Source: Bugula neritina (taxonomy: Eukaryota > Animalia > Bryozoa). Taken from it: 64,000 nucleotides of DNA. The stretch spans positions 19,174,628 through 19,238,627 of the forward strand of contig OZ037767.1 of NCBI GenBank assembly GCA_964035545.1, read 5' to 3'. A program made the position numbers and the translations under genes. This document shows, piece after piece, positions 33,111 through 49,591 of the stretch. Under the pieces are notes generated by a model. The model had not been told where the DNA came from, did not search any database, and worked only from the letters and a program-made list of their open reading frames with translations. Every line of letters starts with the position of its first letter. Position 1 is the first letter of the stretch.

Positions 33111-34667
33111 CTTTTGTATATTTAAACATTTCCAAAACTTCTGCACAGAGTTCTTCCTATATATTGAGTATGTGTTGATACATATCTGCACAATTTTGAA
33201 TGTACACTCACTTTATATTATACAAATCTTGCGTTTAAAATACATCCTTATATAAACTAAAATTGAAGTTGTCTGTCCCTTTATCTTTTTAATAGAAATA
33301 AATGCTTTCTGGTAATAAGTACACATTCTCTTCCCTTTTTCTTACTTTGATAAAATTTTATCATGTGAAGTCAAAAACTACTTTAGATTAATGCATAAAT
33401 TGATTATTGCACATTATGCAATACCTGGTATAGTGCATGAAATCTTTGTGATTTAGAGTTACTTATTTACATATTTGTAGGGACTTTTGACCAGGGTTCT
33501 CTCTAGAGCACGCTTGCAGTGAATGGGAACTCAATCATTATATGCATATAGTATCATGTCATTTACATGGCTTAATAATTTCACTTTAGCTTAAATATAC
33601 TGCTTTATAAAAGGAGTTGTCAATACCTGTTTGTTATAAAATATCTATGGATGCCTTAAATTAGCATTCATTAAACTTATAAATAGTAACCTTTTTATGA
33701 ATCCGAAATACATTATCGGAATTTATTTTTTTCATAATATTGAATTTATAAAACAGTTTTAAAATTTATACATCTTGTTGAAAACTAGAACTTTTAAAAC
33801 ATCTTTGAAAAATCAACAGACAATAATTATGTGCTTAATGAAGTTTACCTTGTATAGTCAGTCAGAATCACTGTGAAATGATAAAAAAACTGATGACTTG
33901 CATGTATTCTAAAATGCCTAAATTGATAGATGACTAATTTGCTGCATAAAATATGTGTGCTTATGTATATTTGTTCAATTGTAGAGTTTGTTGAGCAAAG
34001 TTTTTACTAGATTATGTACGTATTGGAAAATCAACAATGTATTATCACATTTTATATATTATACAATTCTGGTGTCATATATAATATGCATGTTCTATTA
34101 TTCATTGTAATTGGGGTTGTCTTTTCATGTCTGATGAAAGTAAATTCTCCTAACTGCAATATTCATTTTATGGAATCTTGTGTTTCACTTTATATTACAT
34201 GCGTTTACCAGCATGTAATTTAGAATTGATAGGTTTGAAGTATACACAATTTTCAAACAGGATTTGCTGGAGTTAGCAAAATAATATGTTGGAACAGATT
34301 TTCCCTTGAGACAAATAAACAATAGAATGTTTGACATTTTTATATTTTCACTTCTATTTCTATAGCACATGTTAATTGTATGCTTGGATCAATAATCCAT
34401 TAAAGTTGTTCTGGCATATATAATCAATAAGCTATTAAAGTATATAGCAGAGTACAGAGATTGCTGGACTCTGAAATATTCTTACATTAACATTATACAC
34501 AGAGTAAATTATAGATCAAGATATTTACTGATTGATTTGCTTTAACTAGTCAGTTAAAGTCGGTTGTGTATGAAAGAGTTGACTTTTATAATCAAAGCAA
34601 ACAACTGAAATAAAGTTTTTATAATTTTCAAACTAAAATTGACTTAAGGAAAAGAGGCATAGAAATT

Positions 34668-37600
34668 ATGGCACTCATTTTGATGCTACTACTACTAAAC
34701 CTTATTTTCACAGGTAATTTTATTTACCATTTATTTATAATTTTATGATAAAACTAATTTCTAGCTTCTTTAAAATTTATAATATTTAATAATTGTGAGA
34801 AATATTTTTACATTTTAATGGCAAAGTTTTCAATTTGTTACAAACATAAGTTCATGCAAAGCCTAAATGCTGCTATTTTTTTCATTTAGATGCTGACACT
34901 CTTGGTCCAACGTTCAGCAGCAGATATTTAGGCTGTTACATGGACAGTCAGTCCAGAACTTTAGATGGTTTGTTCTCAAAAACTGCCGACAGCGTTACTC
35001 TGTGTACTTCCCTCTGCTTTAAGAGTGGTGAGCATTTTAGTAATATTAATTGAACATCCAACTCAAAGCATTTCAATGCACTCATTATAATATTATATGA
35101 GCTAAAAACCTATAGAAAAATATATTATTATAACATTATGTAAGTACAGACCATTTAAGAATACGATAGAACATTGGATTTTTATACCCAATAGAGGAAG
35201 TGCTCTATATTGATAACGCACCATATGCTTTTCCATAGCTAGCACGTTGCCCTTATAGTTACTTTTAAAAAAGGGGGTGCTATAAAATCTAGTGAATTCT
35301 CTGTTATATTGAAAGAGTTATAATAGAATATGGCACACGTCAAAAGCATGTAAACATTTGTGCTATTGAAGTGTCTAACAAAAATAGGAAGCTTCCTTAT
35401 TGGCATGCACATGTTAATGTTATTGATTAAAACTTTTTTGCCCAGAAACAAAAGAAGGTTTGTAAATAAAGCTATATGATCAATGATAGTGCATATATAT
35501 GCACATTTTTTGTTGCTAAAAACTAGTTTTCTATTGGTTATGACCAAGCTTTTCTTTATTGTGCTATCTATACAACATATATACTTGAATGTTTGTTACT
35601 CAGTTTAATCATGGGGTGGATTGGTGACTGATTGTTGGAATAAAAAATAAACTGCATTCTTTATGCTAGCTGTGTTATTCTATTTTCAGTTATTGTCAAA
35701 GTCTACTTCATTCTCAAAAATTTAACTATACCCACGTAAAATAAAGTTTTAGAATGAATTTAAGCAGAATTTACATTTAATTTATTTTTTATTTTGCACA
35801 TGTTTATAGCACTATAGTCACTGATTGAACCCAGAAAATGTTGACGGTTGTGCATAGCCAAAACAATTTAGAAGTTTGGGTTTTTCACCGCCTTTAGCAA
35901 TCTGGCAATTACCATATTAGGACATAACTCTTTAGACTTATTCATGCCGTTTGGTATAAAAATATGTTCACCTGAAACTCAATTATCCATTACAGAATTG
36001 CCATCTGACGGTGTTATGTGAAGCAAATGACACTTTCTGGTGTATTCTGTCTCTTTATATTATATTAGAATGTGATTTTACACTGTGTTAAGTTTTCTTG
36101 AATATATTTAGTAAGTTTTAAGCTCTTTGTGGTATAAAAAGATGCTAAACAGAAAAAAGCACCTGGAAAACCAATGGGTTTGAATTTAAATTTTTGTCTT
36201 GTTGCCAAGGATTTAGATACGCTGGACCTCAATATAGATATCAGTGTTTCTGTGGTAGCGGTGACTTAGAGAAAAATGGTGGCCTGGTTTCTGAAAATGA
36301 TTGCAAGGCTTCATGTCGTGGTAATGCAACTCAGACATGCGGAGGAGGTTATAGACTCTCAGTCTATGAGTTTTTACCACCAAAAACAAGTAAGAATAAT
36401 AAACGTGGTAAAATGAAAATAAGTGTACTAGATATGAGTTGGTTAGAAGTTGACCTAGTAAGCATGAACCAATAAAGAGTAGGTTTAGTGCACATAAGCC
36501 AATCACAAGTTGGCATAGTAGAAATGGACCAATGAGGAATAAGTATAGTGAATATCAACAAGTAAAAGGTATAATAGACAGCATTTGTAACATGATTATT
36601 GACACCCTTAAATCGAATGCTATAAACACAAACATATATTTCAACCTTTTATTTTGCTCCCCTTATTTAAACTCCATTCAGATTCCCACAATAGTAATGG
36701 TAATAGTATTAGGACTAGTAGTAACATTAGTACTACTATTACTATAGTACTACTAATGGCATAATTACTGGCACCAGTAGCAATACTAGTACTAGTACTA
36801 TAGTAGTACTAGTACTAGTACTATAGTAGTACTAGTACTACTATAGTACTAGTACTAGTACTATGGTAGTACTAGTACTACTAGTTTCTGACCATTGTAA
36901 AAGTTAATTATATAATACAAGTTGTTGTCGTGTCTTCTCTTCAGCACATATTGTTTGCATGCTGAAGGAATAAGCTCAAATTTCATAGAGTATTTACAAA
37001 GTATAACTGCAGTGACTCCTCAGGTGATATGATGCGTAACTGTGTCAGCCGATAATGGTTACTGTATCAGCTGATGATTGTTGCTGCGTCAGCACGGATG
37101 CTGTTTGGCACGGATGCCCATGTATTGTGATTCACTTAATGAAGAGTGAATGAATGGAGGACACAAATGCAGGCCACAACTCTATTTTTTGTCTATTGCC
37201 AACAGTATATTTTCTAAGTTAGACTTAGACTTGAGCTCACATTCATACTTAGACTCATATTCATACTCATACAGCACTGCACATAACCTAAAACCATAAA
37301 AATTACAAAAGTCTTGTTAACTTAACATTAATTACATTGCTGATAAAACATTTAGTTAATGAAATTCAAAACAAAAGATAATATAATACTTGATACAGTG
37401 ATACTTACAATTATTTTGACAATTAAGTACAGATTGCCGGCATCTTTAGCAGGAGGAAAACTGAGCTACACTGACTCATTGACCAAAAACTGTCAGTAAA
37501 TAGCTATCGCGAAAGCTTTCACAAATAGCTTTCGTTACACAATGGTTTTTGGAAAACTGTCAAAAAGCCACTGCAACAGTAACTGCATTTGACTTTCCAG

Positions 37601-38172
37601 TTCTATTGAAATTTCTCAATTTTAGAAACTCACATTATAGCTATTCTCATCCTTTTTTAAATTTTCTGCAGCAGCTCTGTAAAATCTTGTGATCAATTTA
37701 AAATTGCATTTTTTAAAGAAGTTGAAAATGGAAGGAAGCATACCAGGTATAATCATGTTTCTAGGTGTCTATAATACAACTCTTTTTAGTTTCTGATTAT
37801 TCACTCAATATATGTAGTTGTAACCATCTTTGTTACTTATTTATTACTTACCTATTTTACTAACTTAATAGCAATAAATATGCATTTAATGTATCTATAT
37901 TTATAAGTGATTTAATTGTAGATATGCAGAAAGTATTTATTCTACAAGAAGGTGATATTAGTAAATTGAATGTGATTTTTACTGGACGAGCTCAGACCCA
38001 CCGACAATGTACTGTAACCTGTCTCAACAACTACTTTTGTAAAGGATATACTTATGACAGGGCTGATGGCACATGCAAGCACCTTGAGAGAACCTGCTCC
38101 TCAACTTCTGTGGTTTTCACACAAGTTTATCTTGCAAAGTCAGAACTCAGCCAGGACTACTGTGCAAAATAA
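34668..38172 (+). CDS. Secreted WSC + PAN/Apple-like protein, copy 4 (204 aa). Exons 34668-34713, 34890-35027, 36210-36389, 37922-38172
   Basis: Canonical GT-AG, phase 1; signal peptide MALILMLLLLNLIFT; 8+6 Cys. Confidence 0.9.
36390..36575 (+). repeat. 30-bp repeat ladder (about 6 units) at start of intron 3 (copy 4)
   Basis: Units start at 36390, 36419, 36449, 36479, 36509, 36539. Confidence 0.8.
36715..36885. repeat. (TAGTAC)n-type simple repeat
   Basis: Directly visible. Confidence 0.85.
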
Positions 38173-39449
38173 ATAAAGATTGATAATTACCCACTAATAA
38201 ATATGTATTATACTGCATAAAAATTGTGTGTTTGTTTATTCACATATTTATAAAGTTTATACCAGGGTTCACTCTAGAGCAAGTTTGCAGTGACCATGCA
38301 TGAACTCACATATTTTACAAAGATGGTGTCATGCATATGACTCACTATGAGAGGAATTATCTATGCTTTTCTAATGAAAATAAACTACTTCTGTTAATTT
38401 GTTCATATATTTAAATTAGTTAATGATAAGATATTATAAGTTTTTGCTATTTTTAATTACTACTATAAAAATCACAAAATATCTTTATATTACAAATTGC
38501 AGTTGGTAGAGCATGCCTTCCTTTAATTTGATGTCACCACTGCCTTCTTTTAGTGGTAGGTACTCCGGTTTAGATCAGATAAATTATGATCACATGACTA
38601 CTCATGTCCGTAGATATGTTGAACTTGCAAAAACCACCTGTTCTGGTCTAATAATCTGAAAATAACTGACCTATATATTTCAACCAATGAACACCATCCT
38701 TGTGATATAGCCAACTGTTATCTTGTCGAAATCTGTTTTGTATACAGGGGAAGCCCAGCTGCAAAGTTTCTATGAAATCTTTAGCATGTTTTTGTTTCGT
38801 TTTACACCTTTGACCATGACATGATATAATTAAGCTTAAAATGATGGCTTGAATTATCAAAGGAAGCTTAAATTCTGTTGCTTATATCTTATGTACAAGT
38901 TAGCGAAGTCACAGTAATAAAAACAAGATTTTAAAATTTTTTATAGAGACTGGGAAACAAGGAGTTCTCCCTAGAGCAAGTTTACAGTGAATGTAAATTC
39001 ACATCTTATACAAGTCTAGTGCCGTAAATACATAAATGACTCAATAGTTTCATTTTGGCTTATATGCTCCTTATAAATAGAGTTGTCAATACATGTCCAC
39101 TATAAGCGAAATGTATAAAAGCAGTTGAACAACATTTAACATTTATTTAGTGCAACAAATAACCTAGATTCTTATTGCCTTTAATGGATCAAATTGGCAT
39201 TCAGTAAATTCAATAGATAGCCTTTCTATTGTATTGAAATTTGCTACTTGTTATCAAAAAACCTCTTTCGCATGGTGCTCTCTAACAAACAAGAAGGTGA
39301 TAACGTGATCACATGTGCACTCACTGCCACATGTACAAATGCAGCAAACAAGTAGTTTTGAAACCTTGTATCTATATATGTCTGTTTCAATAATTCATTA
39401 ATACTTTTGCTGCAGACACCCTCCCAATCTGTAGCATAGCCTCAGCTAC

Positions 39450-39500
<51 letters not shown>

Positions 39501-39577
39501 CAATTTAGCCAAGCAGTTTTCAATAAGTTGCTAATATACAAGTCCAAAGTTGAACTACTGCTAATATTTGAATTTAG

Positions 39578-39690
39578 ATGCCGCCACTGATATTGTGACA
39601 TTCAACAGTAAGTATTTAGGTTGTTATATAGACGCCAATACAAGAACTTTGATTGGTCTGCACTCAGAAGCTATTGCCAGTGTTACTCTG
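39578..39690 (+). pseudogene. Truncated exon 2, part of an inverted partial duplicate (about 38900-39690) of the 5' region of copy 5
   Basis: (D)AATDIVTFNSKYLGCYIDANTRTLIGLHSEAIASVTL then TAA. Upstream sequence matches the reverse complement of 44040-45380. Confidence 0.85.
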
Positions 39691-40051
39691 TAAAGAGAGA
39701 GAGTGGAGCATATTGAGATTAATCTTTGTTGCTATTATAGGTCTCTATAACGAAGCCATGGCTCTCCACTGAATATAAATTTACAAGTAACTTTTTTTAT
39801 TTAACAGGGGTTCTTGTAAAAAACAAACAGTTATTGACAAATCTGCATATATAATGGAGTTATCGAGTTTTATTTGTATATTTTGCTTGATCAGTTCTTG
39901 CATTCACTGAAAACTTTCTCTAGGGAGAACCCTAATCAAAAGTCTTTATAAATGTGTGAATGAACAACTCCAAAACACAAATATTCCATGCACTATATCG
40001 TATATTGTAAAATTTAATGCATGCGTATAATGTGCCCCACTCAGTTTTTAG

Positions 40052-40140
40052 TCAATTTGCACAGTATTTTTGGCAGAATTTTGATTTTGGAAAATATATT
40101 TATGCCATAGTTAAAGACGTGAAGAAAATTTTTTCTCATG
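40052..40140 (-). pseudogene. Strongly degenerate 3' end of a PAN exon
   Basis: Reverse complement ...ATCAAAATTCTGCCAAAAATACTGTGCAAATTGA resembles the family end TCAAAATTCAGCCAGAATTACTGTGCAAAATAA, followed by the family 3' flank. Confidence 0.55.
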
Positions 40141-40407
40141 GACAGCATTTATTTTCATTAAAAAGGGACAGATAACTTCAATTTTAATACATTTATTTAA
40201 TGTAAACACAAGATTTGTACAATATAAAGCGATTTTACATTCAAAAGTGTGCAGATATCTATCAACACATACTCAATATATAGAAAGAATCATTTGCAGA
40301 AATTTTGGAAATGTTTAAATATACAAAAGCATACACATAGTTTATGCAATACATCAAATAACAATTTAATAAATTTATATAATGGATGAGAATCAGTTTT
40401 GAAAATT

Positions 40408-43400
40408 TTATTTCCCACAATAATTCTGGCCGAGTTTTGACTTCACAAGATAGACCTGTGTCATAGTTATAGAAGCTAAAGAGCAGGTTTCCTCAAGGTG
40501 CTTGCATGTGCCGTCAGCTCTGTCATAAGTATATCCTTCACAGAAGATATTGTTGAGACAGGTTAGAGTACATTGTCGGTGGGTCTGAGCGTGCCCAATA
40601 AAAAACACATTCAAATTGGTAACATTTTCTTCCAGCAAAACAAACACTTCCTGTCTATCTACAACAAACCATATTAATGATCATTCAAAGAGTTTTCATT
40701 TTCAACAAAATAAATAATTTGCTTGTTTAGACTATTTTCTATGTTGCATTACCAAAAGTGGTTGGTGTAGAGATTTGCCAGTAAATACTTGAATGAGGAG
40801 TTATGCCTTTCAGTGTAAAGAAACAAATTCAGCTCTTTGGAAAGATGCCAGAATTGATGATTGCTAATGTACGAAGAAAATTAAGGAAGGATTAATAACA
40901 GCTTGATTTAATCCCAATGCTTTTTAATAATTTAAAGTAAGCATTCAGTGATTGAACTTGAAATATTTTCAGAACCAAAATGTTCATCAATTATTTTTCT
41001 AGCTGAATAGTTATGAAAGAACAATTATCACTAATCAGTGAATAATTTTTTTGACAAAATTGTCCCAATGGTAGATAAGTATTGATTGAAACCTTTAGCT
41101 ATATATGGCCCTATGTTCAGCTGATGTTATAAGGGTAACGGGGGGGGGGGGGGGGGGGGCACAACGGTCATAGGGGTACAAAAAGCCGGCCAAATTGTGA
41201 GAGAACTTATTGACTTAGAGTTGTGATTTTTTTTCATAAAAAGATATTGACATAATTATTCAGCCTTTGTAGTTTCAACACTTGCGAAACATACGTGTTG
41301 AAAACTGTTTTTACCTACTTTTTGTAAATTTTTTAGGATGTCATTAAAGCCTTATAACTTTTTACACTCAAAGGCAAGAAGCCTAGATTTTACTGATATT
41401 GTTGCCATTGCTTGTCTCTACAATGCTTAACTAGTATAACAGCAAACTCTAAAATAAATTTTCCTTGAGGCACATGTATTTTCAATTTCGCCACAAGGGG
41501 CACAATGGGCCACGCTGACCGGGGCACAATGGGCCACCTGATTATTGCACCCTGATCACTGTTATTAGTTTGTTTGTCCAAAAAGTTGGTTGAACTGTTA
41601 CTAACATCTATAAATATAGCCATTTCTGACCTTTTTGTAAAATATCAAAGACATCATGGTAAGACTACAAAACTACAAGTTGAAGCTCCCCTAATACTTA
41701 CATCTGGTGAGGTTAAAGCTTTGCCATTTTATACATAATACAAAACACTCTGCTGTTGCTACTAAGAGATAGTCATGATAATCATTATATATTACACCAT
41801 TGAGAGAATATACATGCATTTGACTGAAATAAATTGTGATTTGCTCATTTGCTCCACCCTCTCCCTTCCGTACTCCGGTCACAAACCTCAGCCATGCATG
41901 CACCTTAGCTACAGTTCATATAGAAAAAAGTTCACTCAGAATTTTGTAGTACATGTTATTAAAGTTTTTTTTTAATAAACGTTGCTCTAAAGTGAAAATA
42001 ACAAAACATTTTTAGTTTTAAACAGTAATGATAATGGCACTGCAGAACCGAGTGACGTGCGTTTGATTTTGCTTTCCTCTGCTATCCGTAGTGGCACAAA
42101 CTGTACAGCTAAAACATGAATTTTGCTGTAGATCTGAAAGAGTATCTTTATTTATTTGTAACATTAAATAAATAAAGATCAGATGTAACAAAATACGCAA
42201 AATTTCAATATATTTGTTGTGTCCCACCTAATGGCCCATTGTACCCCGGTACCGGGGCACAATGGGCCAATTTTTTCGTCATGAAAATTTAATTATTCTG
42301 AAAGTTGTGAGAGAGATAAAAACAACAAACTGGTACCTGTAATAGACAACAGATGTAGCATTAAGACTAGAGATTATTGAACTAGTAACTTGAAAAACAG
42401 ATGAATGAGAGCAACAAATGCAAAATTCGGCCCGTTGTGCCCCGTTACCCCTACTGTTTAATAAGAAGCTTTTAGAAGAGTTAAAGCTGTTGCATTGATT
42501 TTTTATATATATGTTCAGGATTATAATAACTTCCCACCATTTAGTAGAATCTGCAGAGTAAAGTGGGCAAATGATATATTATGTTTGTTGCTATTCTACT
42601 ACATGTTAAGAACATGTGAAATAAATTAATATGATTTAAGTCATTTAAGCAAAAATGACAAAGAGTGGGAATTTTAATTGAGGATATGATATTGAGATAG
42701 TTTTTACTTACAGAATAGAGTCAAGAGTGCGATTTTGATACAACTTCTGTCTATTATACCTTTCTTTTGCTGGAATTTACTATATATACCTTATTCTTAT
42801 TGGTTCACATCGACTAAACCCATGGTTGATTGGCTCTAATTTAATATACACTTAGTTCTCAATGGTCCATTTCTACTAAACTCACTTGCAATTAGTTCAC
42901 AAACACTATATTCAATTATTGCTGGCTCATTTTTACCAGTTACTTAGCTCATTTATAGTACACCCATCATCATAGGTTCATGAGTTTAGTATGCCTACCA
43001 TTTATTGGTCTTACAAGCTCATAGACTGAGAGCCTATAAATTCCACCACACGTCTGAGTTGAGTCACCCCTACACAAAGAATCACAATCATCTTCAGGAG
43101 CTAGTCCACCATTTTTTTCCAGGTCACCATTGCCACAGAAACATTCAAGGGCGGCTTGCAATCCAGCGTACCTAAATCCTAAAGAAAAAAGAAAAGAAAA
43201 TTATTTATTGTAAGTCATTGGTTTGCTGAATGTTTTACACTAAACAAAACCTGAAGCTTGCTCAACATTTTGAATAAATATTTTGTGCAATGTAGAAACA
43301 TATTCTATAGTATAGGGAGACAAACTAACAAATGCAGGAAAGTAACATCTATTATAAACAAATCAGTCAAATGACTTACAGTATGTAACAGACAATTGAT

Positions 43401-44377
43401 CTCCGATGAGCATGAATATATTTAGAAAAAATTAAATGTCAGTATAAATCTAGCATTCTCTTATGATATGGGAGTGATTACATGGGAAAAGAAGGTAGAA
43501 AACTTTTAAGTTTATAAATAATCTTGGCTACAAACTTGTTTATATTGTTGCAAGTAATATGGAACTATTTAGCTTATAAATATAACTGCAGGCAGTGTGA
43601 ATCTTTAATAGAGATTTTAAAACACTATTTTGCAGTGGGTATAGTTATCTCTATATGAGAATAAAGTCGTAATAACAATATATAAATAACATAAGGTAAT
43701 AAAGTCTGCTCAATTTAATGAAAAGCGCAGTATTCAGCCCAGTGAATAGCTTTTAGTATAACAAAAAATTCAATTGACCAGATAAAACTAAGAAATATAA
43801 ACAACACAGTAAAACAGCCAGAGAAATGTATCTTTACATATTAAATTATTAACTCCTAATTCTTAAACATAATTATACTGCACATATAAAATACCTCAAT
43901 ATTCCTATTATTATATTATATGAACTAAACTGTTTTCTAACTTCTGTAACCTATAATAAAAATAATACAATATTATATATTAGTGCATAAAAATTCTTTG
44001 ATTTGACTACTTACCTCCTTTATAGCAGAAGGCAGTACACAAAGTAACGCTGTTAGCAGTTCTTGAGTACAGGCCATCTAAAGTTCTTGTATCGGTGTCC
44101 ATGTAACAACCTAGATATCTACTGTCGGCTGTCACAATACCAGTGGCAGCATCTAAATTCAAATATTAGCAGTAGTTCAAATTTGGACTTGTATATTAGC
44201 AACACATTGAAAACAGCTTCATTAAATCGTAAATATATACAATAGTATAGTTATTAAATGCCGCAAGTTTTAGCAGCAGCTAAGAATGGACATCATCATG
44301 AAGTTTAAAAGTAACCTATGATTATGATTACCTGTTGGAAGAATGTTTAGTAGTAGTATCACCCAAATGAGTGCCAT
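40408..44377 (-). CDS. Secreted WSC + PAN/Apple-like protein, copy 5 (204 aa). Exons 44377-44332, 44152-44015, 43178-42999, 40658-40408
   Basis: Canonical splice sites; signal peptide MALIWVILLLNILPT; 8+6 Cys. Confidence 0.88.
41132..42451. mobile_element. Non-autonomous TIR DNA transposon (about 1.3 kb, TA-flanked) in intron 3 of copy 5
   Basis: Ends AGGGTAACG(G)nCACAACGG and CCGTTGTGCCCCGTTACCCC. Internal GGGGCACAATGGGCCA copies at about 41497, 41521 and 42254. The left TIR has an expanded G run. Confidence 0.75.
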
Positions 44378-45389
44378 TTCTTTGCCTTTTCTGCTTAAGC
44401 TACTTTCTATAAAAAGTTATACAAACTTGATGTCAGTTGTCTGTTTTGCAGCAGCTTCTGCTGCCGTAGCAATGAAAAGTTTCAACTCTGCTCTGCACTT
44501 TTAAAGCCTATTCTGTTATGTCAAAATTGCCAATTCTGTATGTCAAAACCAAATCAATAAATTATTCACACTAGCATAGAAGTAACTTTTATACATTCTG
44601 AAGCAATGAGGTAAAAATTATGGAAGCATTAAATTTTCTAATGTTAGTTTTCTCAAGGGAAAATTATGTTTCAACATATTATCTTGCAAACTGGAACATT
44701 TGTTCTGGAAACTAAATTTTTTATAAAAATTTGCTGTCTGTTGATTATTGCACATACGTAGTGCATATCAAGCTGATTAGCAACCTTGGAGATGAATATA
44801 TATCTGTAGCTAAGGCTAGGCTACAGATTGGGAGGGTGTCTGCTGCAAAAGTATTAATGGATGATTGAAACAAACATAGATACAAGGCTTCAAAACTGTT
44901 TGCTTGCTGCATTTGTACATGTGGCAGTGAGTGCACATGTGATCACGTTATCACCTTGTTGTTTGTCAGAGAGCACCATGTTAAAGAGGTTTTGTGATAA
45001 CAAGTAGTAAATTTTAATATGATGAAAAAACTATCTATTAAATCTACTGAATGCTAATCTATTAAAGGTGGTAGGAATCTAAGTTATTTGTAACACTAAA
45101 TAAATGTGAAATGTTTTTCAACTGTTTTTATACAATTTGCTTATAGCGGGAATGTAGTGACAACTCTATTTATAAGCAGCATATAAGCCAAAGTGAAATT
45201 ATATTGAGCCATGTATGTATATGGTACTGTAAGGCTTGTATAAGATGTGAATTCACATATGCACTGTGAACCTGCTCTAGAAAAATATTTTTTTGAAATC
45301 TTGTTTTATTGCTCTTGGGAGAACTATGGTTTCCAGTCTTTATAAAATTTCTTAAAATCTTTTTTTTATTGCTGTGACCTAGCAAACTT

Positions 45390-46250
45390 TTAATTAATTT
45401 TTTAAAAAGCCTGCACATTTTTTTTCTTGTTCTGCTCAATATTGCTAGGTGCTCTATTGCAAACTAAAATACCATCATCCCTGTATAAGCCTAGGTTGCA
45501 TTCTTTGTTCATTTCAGTGGTTAATAAATTTAGTAGATAGGTTCCAATTAGTTGGCTAATTTCGACACCATCATAGCTTCACATAGTAACATTAAACTTA
45601 CTGCCATGCTTTTATGTCTATGAAGTACAAAATTATTTCTCAGTGTTTATTTGGTAAGTCAGCAAGTTGTGTAGCAAAAGAAAGGGTTTTAGAAAGGAGG
45701 TCTTCAGTTATTGATGGGTAGAAATTACATAATTTATATCAAAAGGGATAAAGGACTGTTTGTTTTTAAACCAGTTTATTACGGAGTAGGATTTCTTCCA
45801 TATATTGATGTTGATATGTTGGAGGAGTTTTGTATTTATGCCATCTAATAACTGTTATATTTGGTAGGGTTTATTAGTCTGCAGAATGGTTTGTTATTAA
45901 AGTCAGGCTTGTGATCTTTTAAGATTATAAAAGTTCATTTCTGGGCTAGTACATCTATTCTGGTGTCTAGATTCAGTGATTTTTCAATTGTGATATCCTT
46001 AGTAGTAATTGTTTTAGCTAGGTCATGTGGGGCTTTTTTATAGTCTTGGGTAATGTTATGTTTAAGGAGGTCTCAGTATTGGGAGATAGCTAGTTTGTAT
46101 AAACTAGTAGTTTTGTTAGCTTTCACAACCAATTTTTCATCTTTCATTATACTTTTAATATTCTTTACATTATTTCTCATTTCAGCTTATAGTTCATTAG
46201 TAAATGATTCGAATGTTGGATATCTTCAGAGTAACAGTGAATGATAAAAA
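45390..46250 (-). mobile_element. Degenerate Penelope-like element reverse transcriptase fragment
   Basis: Broken frames give VVKANKTTSLYKL, ILKDHKPDFNNKPFCRLINPTK, WKKSYSVINWF, FDI..FYPSITEDLL, FNVTM*SYDGVEISQLIG, LGLYRDDGI. Confidence 0.8.
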
Positions 46251-46754
46251 TTCAGAAGTTATGATGTTGCGTTAAAGTCTATACATAACACAAAGTATAG
46301 AGAGTAGCAGTTATTTCAATTACATGAGTCAAAATTATACAGCTGTTTTCTATTTGCATAAAAATGAATTGGAGTTGAAAAAATATAAATATATGTATAT
46401 AAAAACAAAATAGATTAGTGAACAGTTTGTGGAAGTTGAGTAGTGTAAAATTTGTTAGTACAGTTTTAGTGGTATATGGATTAATTTTGTTTATTAAGTT
46501 AAGGTTTTATTTGTTTACTGTAGAGGGCTTCAGCTAATTTTCGATGGTGGATTCCATTGAGTGACTGATTTAAAACTGTTACATTGTCTATTGATACCTT
46601 TTGCTTTATTCTGTGTATTTTTACTTATAACAACATTGTATAGTTGTGAGCCATCATAATGACAATTTTATTTGACGAGTGCACAACATCTTGTGTACAA
46701 AACTATTAGTAATAAATGTCATTATATTAATCAAATCTCATTTTATTTCTTTTA

Positions 46755-46786
<32 letters not shown>

Positions 46787-46831
46787 AGGCAATCAATTAG
46801 ATAGACCTATATAAGGTGTACTAATCAGTTT

Positions 46832-49591
<2,760 letters not shown>

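Noticed and set aside
36390-36575. CRISPR-like reading of the 30-bp periodic ladders or the 17-20 bp repeats
   Set aside because: No constant repeat with unique spacers, no cas genes, and a eukaryotic intronic context.
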